Shown here: positions 9,551 through 21,000 of the stretch, piece by piece | How positions within the stretch are numbered: the first letter of the stretch is position 1 | Layout: the number at the start of each line of letters is the position of its first letter | DNA from: a virus | Virus record (IMG/VR): IMGVR_UViG_3300026292_000004 | Coordinates: 26,509 to 90,508 of that record | DNA length: 64,000 bases | Strand: one strand, 5' to 3' | Notes under the pieces: model-generated | Told to the model about the DNA's origin: nothing | Database searches by the model: none | What the model saw: the letters and a program-made list of their open reading frames with translations, nothing else | Position numbers and translations under genes: made by a program

Positions 9551-12500
9551 TCAGTCGTTGCGGATACTTGTATCGTAGGTTATTCTCTTTATTCTCCAAG
9601 AAGCACCACCCGCACCAACGAGCTTCTCACCACCAAGGATAACCTCAGCGACTGCACCACTTCCTGTAGTATCAATTCCTGCATTTGTAAATGTCACAGT
9701 AGGGTGCAAAGTACCTGCTGTAACTACTTTCTTATATCCGTAACCACCATTGGTCACAGTTAAAGAACCAACCTGGTCACCGTCAGATGTCATATTAACA
9801 ACTGCCTGTGCTTGTATCTCACCAGAATTTTCAATTACAACTGTTGGAGTTGCAGTATAATCAAGTCCTGGTTCCAGTACCCTAACCTCTGTCACAGTAG
9901 AATCATCAGAGAACTCATAGAAATAACCATTTGTTCCGAGGTTTAGATTGTTAGTAAAGTATGGAAGTGGGTTGATAAGAACTAGAGTTCTAGTTGCTTG
10001 CTCCCATGATTCCACCGTTGCTTGAATATTAGAACTTTGTCCTGTTACAGTCTCACCTACAACAAATGCTATACTATTAGTATCTGTTGTTGCTAATGTT
10101 ACTCTTATTCTAGCAGTATGCTCAACACCATCTCTTAATGCTCCAGCAGATTCAACCGTGGAGTACTTAAATGGTATAGAAGCATCTTTTACTTGATCAC
10201 CAATTGCGAAGATAGTAGTATTCTGACCACCAACGGTTTCTTCAATACCATATAATGAACTATGTATCCCACCATCTAAGTTAATTTGGTCGGCATAATC
10301 AGTTCCAGTATTGAATACATCAGGAATACCATCACCTGCACCTGAAGCTTCAGCATCATCTTCAAATGCTTTGTCTGTCAAAGTTAATTGATAGACGACA
10401 ATATTACTTCCTACCTCATCTATAATGTTATGTGGTAACTGTGTATTGTTTGATGCATTAGGAGTACCACCATCAAAAGCAACTGTTCTATCTGAAGTAG
10501 ATGGAATACCAGCATCAATGAATGCCAACTCATCAACTTGGAATACAATTAACAGTTCTCTACTTACTGGGTTCCAGTCATAAACTTTAGCAATCTTATT
10601 ACTTGCACTCTCAACCTTACGAACTAACCTATCTCCAACATTAAATTCGTATGTTGATACACCATCAACGTTCTGAATACCATCAACTATAACTCTCTGG
10701 TCATATCTAAAGTTAGTACCTCTAGTACATCCTAAGAATTTTTTAGTATTTTTACTAGTATATTCAATGATCTCCTTACCGATCATGAATTTTCCAGATC
10801 CAGGATAGGCATCTGTACTATCTACAACTACTTCTTCATCGTTAGTATCAAGAGATTTTTGAAGACCAGTAACAAAGAAACTAGCAGCATTATAAGACTG
10901 ACGATTTCTAACCTTTCTTTTTACATTAACTAATTTAGTAAATATTATATTAGGTGATGATGTATATCCTCTACCTGGATCTATAACATCAATACCTACA
11001 ACTTCACCTTGATCAATCCTTGCAGTTGCTCTAGCACCAACTCCACCACCACCTTGAATGTAAATATATGGTGGTTCTTGATAGAATCTACCTGGATTAG
11101 TAACAGCAATATTAGTAACTATACCACTATAATCAATGTTAGCAACACCCTCAGCATCTTGTCCACCACCACCTTGGAAGAATAAAGTTGGTGGAGTTAT
11201 ATAACCAGAACCAGGATTATCTAATGATAAACCACTTATAGACTGTGTTACGGGAATAGCAGTAGCACCCGTACCTTCACCACCAAGAATATCTGCTCTT
11301 GCTTCACCAAAATATCCATCACCACCAGCAATCATCTTAACATATTCAACCTGACCAGCATTAGTTTCACTAAGAACAACTTCTGCTCTAGCACCGCTAG
11401 GTACTTCAGATGCTTGTACAGGAGGATTTGCACCTTTTCTAACTACATCACCATAATAAGTATTACCAATAGCATAAGGGTACTCTGGAGTCCCATCAGC
11501 TGCCGTTGTCATAAAGTATGCATAAGTTCCATTTGGATACTCAGGAGTTACACAATACCTACCATTATGCTCATCAAGATCACCTTCAGTAACATCCCAA
11601 ATATAATCTGAAATGAATGTACCAGCAGGATAATTTAGAATATTAGTCTTATTACCCATGTTAGGATGCATATAACAGAAGTAATGCAAATTAGCAGGTG
11701 CAAACCAAGGAACTGTAATTACAAGTTTTCTATTAGTAGCAGAGGTGTAATTAGAAACATACTGAGAATAGGTTACTTCTGCATTATTAATATAATACTT
11801 AACACCACGTTCATAAAGAACATCTTGATCATATAAGGTTTGACTATCTGCATGCCAACCTTGCTTATCTGTTTCTCCAGCAAAATCTGTTAATAGTAAT
11901 ACATGACCATCATTACTTGCATCATCTAAATTAAATGTAACTGTATCACCACGATTAATAAGTTCAATAGGTGCTACAACTCCATCTAATAAGAACTTAC
12001 TATTAGCAGTAGTAACAACATAAGTTGTATTAGTAGGTGTATTGATTCCTACTCTATTACCATCAATTTCAACACCAGTTTTAAACCTATAACCAGTATC
12101 AATTCTCTTAATTGCAGACTGATCATCTAATGGTGTTGTATAACCAAATGGTCCATATATCGGATACCCATCATATGATATACCTAAAACCTTACTATGT
12201 CCGTTAGTATGACGTGACTTATCTCCACCAAAATTAGTTTCATTATAATAAGTCTTAATTGTAAATAAACTATTGGCAGCAGCAAATGAATCAACTACCT
12301 TAGCATCTTGGAACAAATATAAATGATCATTATTTGGATACCCATGATAAGCATCATGATCTCTATAATTTATCTTAATCTGATCAAAATTAAATCCAAC
12401 AGGAGGAGTACCATCTGATCCTGCATCTGGAGATATTAATGGTGATCCATTAGCAAGTAATCCAACCTGTTCAGGAAGACGATTAGGATTATTCTGTTCA

Positions 12501-12988
12501 GGAACATCTTTACCACCACGATAAACTATCGTATGAGAATATGTCTGACCAAAAATATTATTGTTATTAAATGTACTAGGAAATACTCCTGTCCTAGCAG
12601 GATCTGGAAGATTGTTAGATACTAGTGTTAACCTATCTCCAGCAAATGCTCCTGTAGTAATAGATGCAGTTGTACTACTTAAAATACTTCTGATATCAAA
12701 AGAATCGTTGGTTAAGTTATCATCCTGTTTTGCTGTTATAACAACACGCAAAGGATCATACCCTTTACCACCATTTAATACTCTTACATGAACAACCTTA
12801 CCAGCTTCTATTATTGGATATAATATTGCTTCAATCTCTGGTGTACCACAATTAGTGATATCTAACTTAGGTGGATCTGTAGCAACATAGTCTTTACCAC
12901 CGTCTTTAACGACAACAGCATCTACACCAAAGTCTTTATTAAAGATTGGTGTAATAACTGCTCCAGATCCAGGTATTGTTCTCGTCAT
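9551..12988 (-). CDS. Baseplate-associated structural protein with a YHYH-like domain, cupredoxin-like insert and GxGY beta repeats
   Basis: GISYDGYPIYGPFGY...GDLDEHNGRYCVTPEYPNGTYAYF; LHYFCYMHPNMG; repeated NPGxGYxxxP..GGGG units. Confidence 0.8.
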   Translation of the reverse strand: MTRTIPGSGAVITPIFNKDFGVDAVVVKDGGKDYVATDPPKLDITNCGTPEIEAILYPIIEAGKVVHVRVLNGGKGYDPLRVVITAKQDDNLTNDSFDIRSILSSTTASITTGAFAGDRLTLVSNNLPDPARTGVFPSTFNNNNIFGQTYSHTIVYRGGKDVPEQNNPNRLPEQVGLLANGSPLISPDAGSDGTPPVGFNFDQIKINYRDHDAYHGYPNNDHLYLFQDAKVVDSFAAANSLFTIKTYYNETNFGGDKSRHTNGHSKVLGISYDGYPIYGPFGYTTPLDDQSAIKRIDTGYRFKTGVEIDGNRVGINTPTNTTYVVTTANSKFLLDGVVAPIELINRGDTVTFNLDDASNDGHVLLLTDFAGETDKQGWHADSQTLYDQDVLYERGVKYYINNAEVTYSQYVSNYTSATNRKLVITVPWFAPANLHYFCYMHPNMGNKTNILNYPAGTFISDYIWDVTEGDLDEHNGRYCVTPEYPNGTYAYFMTTAADGTPEYPYAIGNTYYGDVVRKGANPPVQASEVPSGARAEVVLSETNAGQVEYVKMIAGGDGYFGEARADILGGEGTGATAIPVTQSISGLSLDNPGSGYITPPTLFFQGGGGQDAEGVANIDYSGIVTNIAVTNPGRFYQEPPYIYIQGGGGVGARATARIDQGEVVGIDVIDPGRGYTSSPNIIFTKLVNVKRKVRNRQSYNAASFFVTGLQKSLDTNDEEVVVDSTDAYPGSGKFMIGKEIIEYTSKNTKKFLGCTRGTNFRYDQRVIVDGIQNVDGVSTYEFNVGDRLVRKVESASNKIAKVYDWNPVSRELLIVFQVDELAFIDAGIPSTSDRTVAFDGGTPNASNNTQLPHNIIDEVGSNIVVYQLTLTDKAFEDDAEASGAGDGIPDVFNTGTDYADQINLDGGIHSSLYGIEETVGGQNTTIFAIGDQVKDASIPFKYSTVESAGALRDGVEHTARIRVTLATTDTNSIAFVVGETVTGQSSNIQATVESWEQATRTLVLINPLPYFTNNLNLGTNGYFYEFSDDSTVTEVRVLEPGLDYTATPTVVIENSGEIQAQAVVNMTSDGDQVGSLTVTNGGYGYKKVVTAGTLHPTVTFTNAGIDTTGSGAVAEVILGGEKLVGAGGASWRIKRITYDTSIRND

Positions 12989-12991
12989 TTA

Positions 12992-14176
12992 TTAAGTTAC
13001 GATTACGATTTGGTTGCCCATAGTGGGATGCATGGTACACTGATAATATAATGTTGCTGGTGCATCCATAGGTACTGTGAATGTAGTTGTACCAGAACCA
13101 TCATTAGTCACTCCAGCAGTATAAGCATTACCACCATTTGATTGTCTTATCTCAAATGGATGAACAACATACTGTGAATCATTCTTAAATCTATAGACTT
13201 GTCCTCTTTGTAGATAGAGGATAGGATCATTAGTAGCACTTACAAATCCTGAACCAGTAAATGTATAGTGACTATTAGTTCCATCTTCACCTAGAGTCCA
13301 TGTTAATGTTGGACCTGAAACTGGAATCCAGTCAAATCCATCATACATCAGCATGTCTCCTTCAGCTACACCTGTTCCTTCATAGGAGAATCCACCAGAA
13401 CCAGTATAGTTAATGGTTAAGGTGTCACCAGTAATACTGGTTGTTATAGATGTACCACCAGTAACAGTTAATGTATCAGTTGCTCCAAGAGCAGTTGTTG
13501 TACCAGTGTCAGCATTGATTGTAGCAAATATATTTCCACCGCCAGCCCCGCCACCAGTTCCAGGTCTAAACTCACCATTAGCAGAATTCCAGGTAGGAAC
13601 TTCCCCGTCTGCATAAGTTGTACTTTGAACATTACCAATACTTTGTAATGTAGAAGTAGAAGTGTCTAAGATCTCACGCCATCCAGCAGCTGCTGAATAG
13701 TATGCTTTACCTACATCATTAACATAGGCAAACATTCCTGTATACGTTCCATGTGCAGGAAGATTAGCAGATGCAACATAAGGAGCATTCCACTTTAGAA
13801 ATCCATCAGCACCATCAATAATAGTATCGGTAGCATTAGTACCATTTCTTAAAGCAATATCACCACTTCCATCCGATTGAATTACAATATTACCATTACC
13901 TGAAGATACAATGTTATATCCATTAACGTTTAAATTCTGTTCTAACGTTGCTTTATTAGTACCTTGACCTGGAGCAAAAGCAGTACCATTCCAAGTCAAA
14001 GAATCTCCTAAGTTAGGAGATGCAGTACTTACTAGAAGGTTTCCTGCTCCAGCCGATCCACCTAATGAATCATAGAGTTCTGTGAAATTTTCATTGACTT
14101 TAGTACCACCAGCACGTAGTGAATCACCAGTGCCATCATTAGCTGTAGTACCAAGTGCTAGTAGTTGTTTTGCCAT
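12992..14176 (-). CDS. Baseplate tail-fibre-connector-like protein (gp9/gp10 N-terminal motif) with a C-terminal cupredoxin-like domain
   Basis: MAKQ..LGTTANDGTGDSLRAGGTKVNENFTELY is the gp9/gp10 N-terminal signature; C-terminus HPF...APATLYYQCTMHPTMG. Confidence 0.75.
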   Translation of the reverse strand: MAKQLLALGTTANDGTGDSLRAGGTKVNENFTELYDSLGGSAGAGNLLVSTASPNLGDSLTWNGTAFAPGQGTNKATLEQNLNVNGYNIVSSGNGNIVIQSDGSGDIALRNGTNATDTIIDGADGFLKWNAPYVASANLPAHGTYTGMFAYVNDVGKAYYSAAAGWREILDTSTSTLQSIGNVQSTTYADGEVPTWNSANGEFRPGTGGGAGGGNIFATINADTGTTTALGATDTLTVTGGTSITTSITGDTLTINYTGSGGFSYEGTGVAEGDMLMYDGFDWIPVSGPTLTWTLGEDGTNSHYTFTGSGFVSATNDPILYLQRGQVYRFKNDSQYVVHPFEIRQSNGGNAYTAGVTNDGSGTTTFTVPMDAPATLYYQCTMHPTMGNQIVIVT

Positions 14177-14193
14177 TAGACTAAGTTTTTAAG

Positions 14194-14200
14194 TATTTAT
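14194..14200 (-). promoter_or_regulatory. Late promoter ATAAATA
   Basis: + strand TATTTAT overlapping the stop of the YHYH gene, about 18 nt before the next ATG. Confidence 0.65.
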
Positions 14201-15051
14201 GAAGGTCTCTGTTCTTTAGTACTAGGACCGAAGATGTATGGGTAAACTGGCTTGTTATCCTCATCTAATGTGAGGTAATAAGCAAATGTACCACTAGGAA
14301 ATTCAGGAGTAACTGCGTATCTACCATTATAAACATCAAGGTCTCCTAAACCATTTACGTATTCATAATCTTGGATAAAAGTTCCAGCATTATATTGGCT
14401 GTAACTATATGTCCTATTCGCAGGTGGAGTAGTTAATACTCTATATGAACTAGTGAGTCTTTTAGTTCCTTGTGAATTATCAGTTGAAACTTTATACCCA
14501 AATGGTCCATATATCGGATACCCATCAAAACATACACCAACGATCTTTGAATGACCATCAGGATGTCTAAAGAAGTTACCTTCATAGTTGGAATTTGAGA
14601 AGTATCCATTGGATTGAATTACTCCGTTTGCCCAACAGTTAGTAAGAAAACTTCCTGAATGATAATGATATGATCCATTCTGCTCTGGGTGACCCCCACA
14701 AGGGTCTACACCGTACGCTTCTTCATTATATACTGCATTCCATTGAAAGTTCGCTGGTAGAGCATTAGTATCACCAGGTAGAGGACCACCAGCCGCAGAA
14801 GGGTTGGTCATCAATACACCATTAAGTGCAATACCTATACCACCAAGACCAGTTGCTTGAGGGTTAGAAGTATTAGTTCCACCTCTATATGTAATATCAA
14901 AACTATAAGTTTGTGCAGAGATATTGTTAGGATTATTAGGAAAATTCCCAGAACCTAAAGGATATCCAGCCAAAGCAGGATCGGGAAGACCATTACTTGT
15001 TACAGTAAGAGTATTCCCATCAATAGTAGCAGTAGTATTAGAAGCTGGCAT
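14197..15051 (-). CDS. YHYH-domain protein
   Basis: GIALNGV, DPCGGHP..GSYHYH, HSKIVGVCFDGYPIYGP, DLDVYNGR...TPEFP.GT.AYY, YPYIFG. Confidence 0.85.
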   Translation of the reverse strand: MPASNTTATIDGNTLTVTSNGLPDPALAGYPLGSGNFPNNPNNISAQTYSFDITYRGGTNTSNPQATGLGGIGIALNGVLMTNPSAAGGPLPGDTNALPANFQWNAVYNEEAYGVDPCGGHPEQNGSYHYHSGSFLTNCWANGVIQSNGYFSNSNYEGNFFRHPDGHSKIVGVCFDGYPIYGPFGYKVSTDNSQGTKRLTSSYRVLTTPPANRTYSYSQYNAGTFIQDYEYVNGLGDLDVYNGRYAVTPEFPSGTFAYYLTLDEDNKPVYPYIFGPSTKEQRPS

Positions 15052-15069
15052 GTCTACAGAACTTTTTAA

Positions 15070-15076
15070 TATTTAT
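15070..15076 (-). promoter_or_regulatory. Late promoter ATAAATA
   Basis: + strand TATTTAT overlapping the stop of the giant gene, upstream of the YHYH gene. Confidence 0.65.
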
Positions 15077-18000
15077 GGGGCGGGTGTACTTGACCATATG
15101 CTTGTTACAGCGAAGGTTCCAACTGTAGTACCTGTACCCGCTGGAGATGATCCTTGTCCAGGAATGTCTCCACTGTCCACGTTGGCAAGATTTTCGGGTG
15201 TTACATTAATAACATCAGTATCAACAACCTCTTCTTTATAAAGAGCTTCTTCACCGTATGCACTGAGATCTGGAGCAGTCCATTCATCAGCAACCACGTT
15301 AGTGATAGTAACACCAGGATAATTATAATTTGAACCAGGGGCGGTTGTATCTACACGAGAAACACCAACCAGTGCTTTAACTGCACCATCAAAACCAGAT
15401 GCACTGTCAACACGGATAACTGGACGTGCGCTGAATCCAGATCCAGGATTGGTTACCTGAACAGAATCAATTCTATTCTTAACGATAGCAGCATTACCTT
15501 GAGCATCACGACCAAATACAGATCCGATATACTCAAATGTTACTAGTGTATTAGAAGATTCAATGACAGCAACTTCTCTATCTTCAGTCTCACCTTGAAT
15601 GTCTAAGAGGTCACCTGCCTCAATTGGAGGAACAATCTCAGACTGCGTAACGTCAGCATCAGAACCAATGTATGCGAAACCAACGAATGTTGATCCTACA
15701 CGAGGAGTTTCTTTGAAAACGACACGAGAACCAACAAGTTCAAAACCGATTCCAGGTTGCTGAATAACACCGTTAAGCGAGATAATGATGTTGTTGTCTG
15801 CGATAATAGACTCAGTTGCCTGTACACCTTCAGTAAGTGCGATAGAGTAGAATGTACCGTCACGCTTAAGGTTGAAGGATGATCTCAATGAGTCAAACTC
15901 AAATGATATGTCATCCAACTGACGCATCTTACCTACGTAGAAACCAGTGAAGGAAGAACCAATGGTAGGTGCTTCGTTGAACTGTATGATGTCAGAGAAT
16001 GCTGTGTATGAACCAGCCGCGCCTGGAGGTTGTAGAATACCATTCACAAAGACCATCATGTGACCTTCAGGATCTGGGAAGTATGGAGTACCGTTTTGCT
16101 CAGTTAGTTTGAACTGTGTTTGTGTACCATCAAATCCAACGAACCAACGCTTAGTACGTCCTACGACATCTATCTTCTCACTAGATGCTGCTTTATATCC
16201 ATCATCAGAAATGATAGTATCATTTCCAGTAAATGTTCCAACAACATCACTTAGATACACACGATTTGTTAATCCAATTTCATCAATTCTACTGACTGTA
16301 CCGTAAGCAGTTGTAGTTGCGTTAACTGTAGTAGATACCTGACCATAAATTATTGGACTTGAAGTTTCACCTAATTGGTATTGACCAATATATTGACCAT
16401 TAGCGAATGCTGAAGATCCTATTGGTGACACGTACAAGTAATTATTTGCATCATCCCATCCAGTAACAATACCATATGCACCACCGTCAATTATTGACTG
16501 ATTATTGTTTGCTTGATAAACATACTGACCAACAGAGAAGTCAAGAGTTGCGTTAGCACCTGTGAGAGTAACACCTAAGCGTGTGTAACCCGTAGCAACA
16601 ACCTTATCACCCGTAGCAATATTTGCTGCTATTGAAGGATGCTTAGTAACATCTAAGTAAATTCTAGTAGCATCTGGGTAAACAACTGAATTCTCTTCAA
16701 ATGCACCTACGACACTCTCAGTATCAATTGTAAGTTTACCACCAGTATTATCAAGAACTGCACCTTCATTCTTATTGAATGCTACGATATCTGCCTTAGC
16801 ACCACTACTATAACCCTTGAATGAGTATCCTGCCTTCATCTCATTAACGAGATTAATAACTTGGAATCTATCAACGATAGTTTGAATACCCGCGTTAGTT
16901 AAAGTACCAACTTCAAATGTGATATTTGGAGCACCACCATTACCTAATAGTGCATCAGGAAGTGTTAATACATCACTAACACCATATCCAGTACCACCAT
17001 TAGCAATTGTAATATTAGCAGCACCTTGATCATCAACAGTTATGTTAAATGTTGCGTTAGAACCATTACCACCTGTAGCAGCGATACCATCGTAAGAACC
17101 TTGAGTTCTATTTACGTTAGCACCTGCATTTGTTAAGTTCGTAATAGATCCAACAAGGTTAGTACCACCTGCGAGAGCAGCACCAGAAGTTTGACCTGTA
17201 ATTCCTAGGTATTGTGTGAATGTACCTGCACTGATTACAACGTCCATATAACGGAAGTTATCATCAGAAGAAGTAGCATAAACAACACCTGTTATAGCAG
17301 CGTTACCAGTGATTTGTATGATTTCACCTAAAGCGAAGTCTGCATTACCACCACCTAGAGTAACTTGATCTGCTTTGAAACTAAATCTCTTAAAGATCTT
17401 AGCAATTCTTGCTTCGTTACTTGTAACTTTCTCAATTTCAGCATAACTATCAGATCCAACAGCATAGAAGTGATCAGAACCAACTATTTTTTGTCCAAGT
17501 CCTACAGGAACGTTTCTAGTACCACCAGCCACGTACGTAGTTGTTGGAAGTGTTACACCAACATAACCAGTTTGTTGCTCATAGAAACTATCATCTACAA
17601 GTTGTGACTTATAAAGTCTGATAGTATTCTTGATACGGAACATTACTTCAGGTGTATCATAGTATATGTTCAATTCTGGTTTGTAAGCAGGTATTGTTCC
17701 AGAATCAGGAGCAGGATTAATCAAATTATTATTGAGTTGCTCCTCAACAAAGTCCTCAAATTTATCAAGAATATAGTTCTTAATATTAAATTCATCAGAG
17801 ATATAGAACTTCTCACCAGCCTCAGACTGATAGATGTCTAGGAATCCCTTATTAAGTTTAGCACCCCAGATAAATGAACCCTTAGTACCATCACCCTCAG
17901 AACCACCACCAGCTAAAGTACCAGTATTATTGAGCATGTATTCCTTCATAGTGATAGTAGAAATACCGAATGGAACACGAATTGTTATGAATGGTCGGAA

Positions 18001-21000
18001 CCAACCAAATCCATAAGGTTTAACACCCCAGTATGTTCCCTTCATACCATTTGAATCTGAACCATCACCAACAATTACGTTACCGTTAATGAATAGTGAA
18101 GGACCAATAGCACCTGTTACTGCATCCCATGTAAATTCTGCCTTATCGGTAGCACTCCATGAAATACTATGACGGAACTTATAATACTCATCTTGCTTAA
18201 CAAAGCAACTGAATGTATATTCCTGATAGGATAGTGAAGAACCTTCGTCAAACTTGTTGATAGCATCATCAAATTTGATTGTGTCCTTATCAAAGGTATC
18301 ATATGTTGGTAGTGTAAATTCTCTTTCAATTACCTTAGCACTAGTATTAGCACCAGGAATATACTTGTCAGCAGTCATAGTGCCGTCTGGTGCAACACCT
18401 ATATCATTAGAAATAGTACCACCAGTTACAGTCCAACCACCAGCATCAAAAGTCTCTCTTTGACCACTTGGCCAGATATTATCTGATTGAGTCTCACCTG
18501 AGACTGGTGATTGTATTAGACGTATATTTTTTAATGCTGCGGTATTGTTGAGGGTAGCAGTAGTTACTGGACCTTCAATACATTCTTCATCAGCACTCGT
18601 AAATGTATGAGTGAAATCACCACCAGTTTGTATCGCATTAATAGCAGCACTTTGTCCAGCAACAAATGTATGTGGGTACTGATCAGCAGTAGCAGCAATA
18701 CCAACATTAACAATAATAGTACCATCTTGCTTCTTAATACCGTTAGGTGTACATGTTACGTACGTGTGTAAAGAAGTATCAGGTGAAGCACCAATATTAA
18801 CAGAAAGCTGATCAGCACTAATGATTGTAGGTTCTAACCACTTTTGACTCCAAGGATCAGTTGATCTTGGATAAGCATGAACACTAATCTCATTATCTAA
18901 CTGACACTTGAATGTGATTGCTCCATCCTCAAATTTAATCAAATCACCAGCAGAAAGACCGTGGTTGTTGATGTCAAGTGTTAATATACCATTATTAGGA
19001 TTATATGAAGCAGTATCAGGATCATCTACATTATCTGTACCTACTGATTTAATGTTAATTGACTTATTATAGAATGGGTCAGTTGTACGTGGGTATGTTT
19101 GGTTACCACCACCTTGAGTACAAGTGAATGTCAAACTATTAGGTGCAAGTCTAATACTAGTACCAGCAAGCAATCTATGACCAGTCATCACTGCACCAGG
19201 TAGACTGGAAGCATATGTATGAGATAATGGTACGCTAATAGCACCCTGACCACCGTTAACGTTAACTGTAATAGTTGTAGAACTAGTTCCTGTAATAGCG
19301 AGTCTGTTCTTGGCAGCATAATCTATACCACCTACAGCACGAGAACCAGTTAATCTAGGATACGCAGATTGAGTTTGATTACTTTGTCCAACATCAACAG
19401 TAACAGTTGTTCCAGTTACAGCATCAATTGATAATATTTGTCCAGATGCAGGGTCGGAAGAACGAGGATAAGGGTGCTGTGTAGCATGACTATCAGCATC
19501 GCAAGTAAAGATGACTGCCTGATCATCAATCTCAAGAGTATCAGAAGTAGTATAACTATGAGATCCAATCTCCAATACTAGAAGTCCAGTAGCAGGAGTA
19601 TATGTTGTACCAGCAGCAGCAGTCTTTTGACTTAAAGTTCCACCAACATCAAAGGTTAATCCATTAGTTACACCAGTAACAAATGTATGAGTACCTGTTG
19701 CAGCAGCACAAGTAAAGGTGAGAGATTCTGGTTTAAGACCAATGGTATCATCAGTAGTCAATCCATGATTAAGACCAACAGTCAACTCCATATCACCACT
19801 TGTGGCATTGTATGTTGCGTTAGTTACATCAAGTGCCCCAACTGTCAACTCCATATCACCAGTAGTATGGTTATAATCAGCAGCAGTAGGAGTATAAGTT
19901 CCAGCAGTTGTCTTACCAACATCAACCGTAATAGTATTTGTGGTTACAGATTCAACAGCAATATCTTTCTTATAGAATGGATCAGTTGGTCTTGGATATG
20001 AATGGTAACTACTATCATCATCCATTGCACAAGTAAATGTCAATGAATTTGGTTTGATTTGAATTACATCATTCTGTTTCTGGAGACAATCACTAAGTGC
20101 TGTCTGGAAAGTATGAGCAGTAGTGTTAGAAGATATTCCTACATTAACCACAAAAGTATTTGTAGTTACTCCTGTAATAGTCAACCATCTACCACTAGCA
20201 GGGTCAGATGATCTTGGATAAGTCTTAGTTACACTATTGTCTTGAGCACACTTGAATGTTAATGAATTATCATCAAGTTTAATCTTATCACCATTACTAA
20301 ATCCATGACCACTTAAAGTGATAGTCATTGCACCTGTAGCAGGTGTAAAGGCAGCACCAGTTGGTGTATGCTTAGTATATGGTGTCATTCCATGACCAGC
20401 AATGGTCAGTACCAATTTACCTGTTGAAGGAGTATATGATACATTAGTTGGACTATAAAGTGTACCAATTAAATCAGGTGTAGAAAGTAAATCATAGATT
20501 GCATCATCTTTAACCTGAGTTAAGAATGCAGTTTCTTCTTCCTCTTCCCAAACTCCACCCCAGTCAGCGATGGTAGAAGACCTAATCTCTTCTTCAAAGT
20601 ATTCATCACCAACAAGTATTTGTAGTGCTGATTCACGACCTTGCTTACCAGAAGGTACAAGAATCTCAATTATAGTTTCAATTAAAGTATCAATAGCAGA
20701 TTGAACATTAGCACAATCTTGAGCAGTATAATCAGTACTATAACCATCATCCTGAGAATCAGTTATAGTTAAATCTGTAACAGCAGGAATTATGTTTTGA
20801 TCAGTAAATCTACCAACATAATGTTCTGGAGATAATTGACCAGCACCAGTACTCTGAAGTAAGTTATTAACTGCTTTCTTACAAAGGAATCCTACTCTTT
20901 CAATTGCCTCAGCAGTTTGAGCAAGTTGATCTTCAACCTGTACAATATTTTGAGATGTATCAAGGAACTTCTTAGCAGCTTCTACAGAACTGTAGTTACC

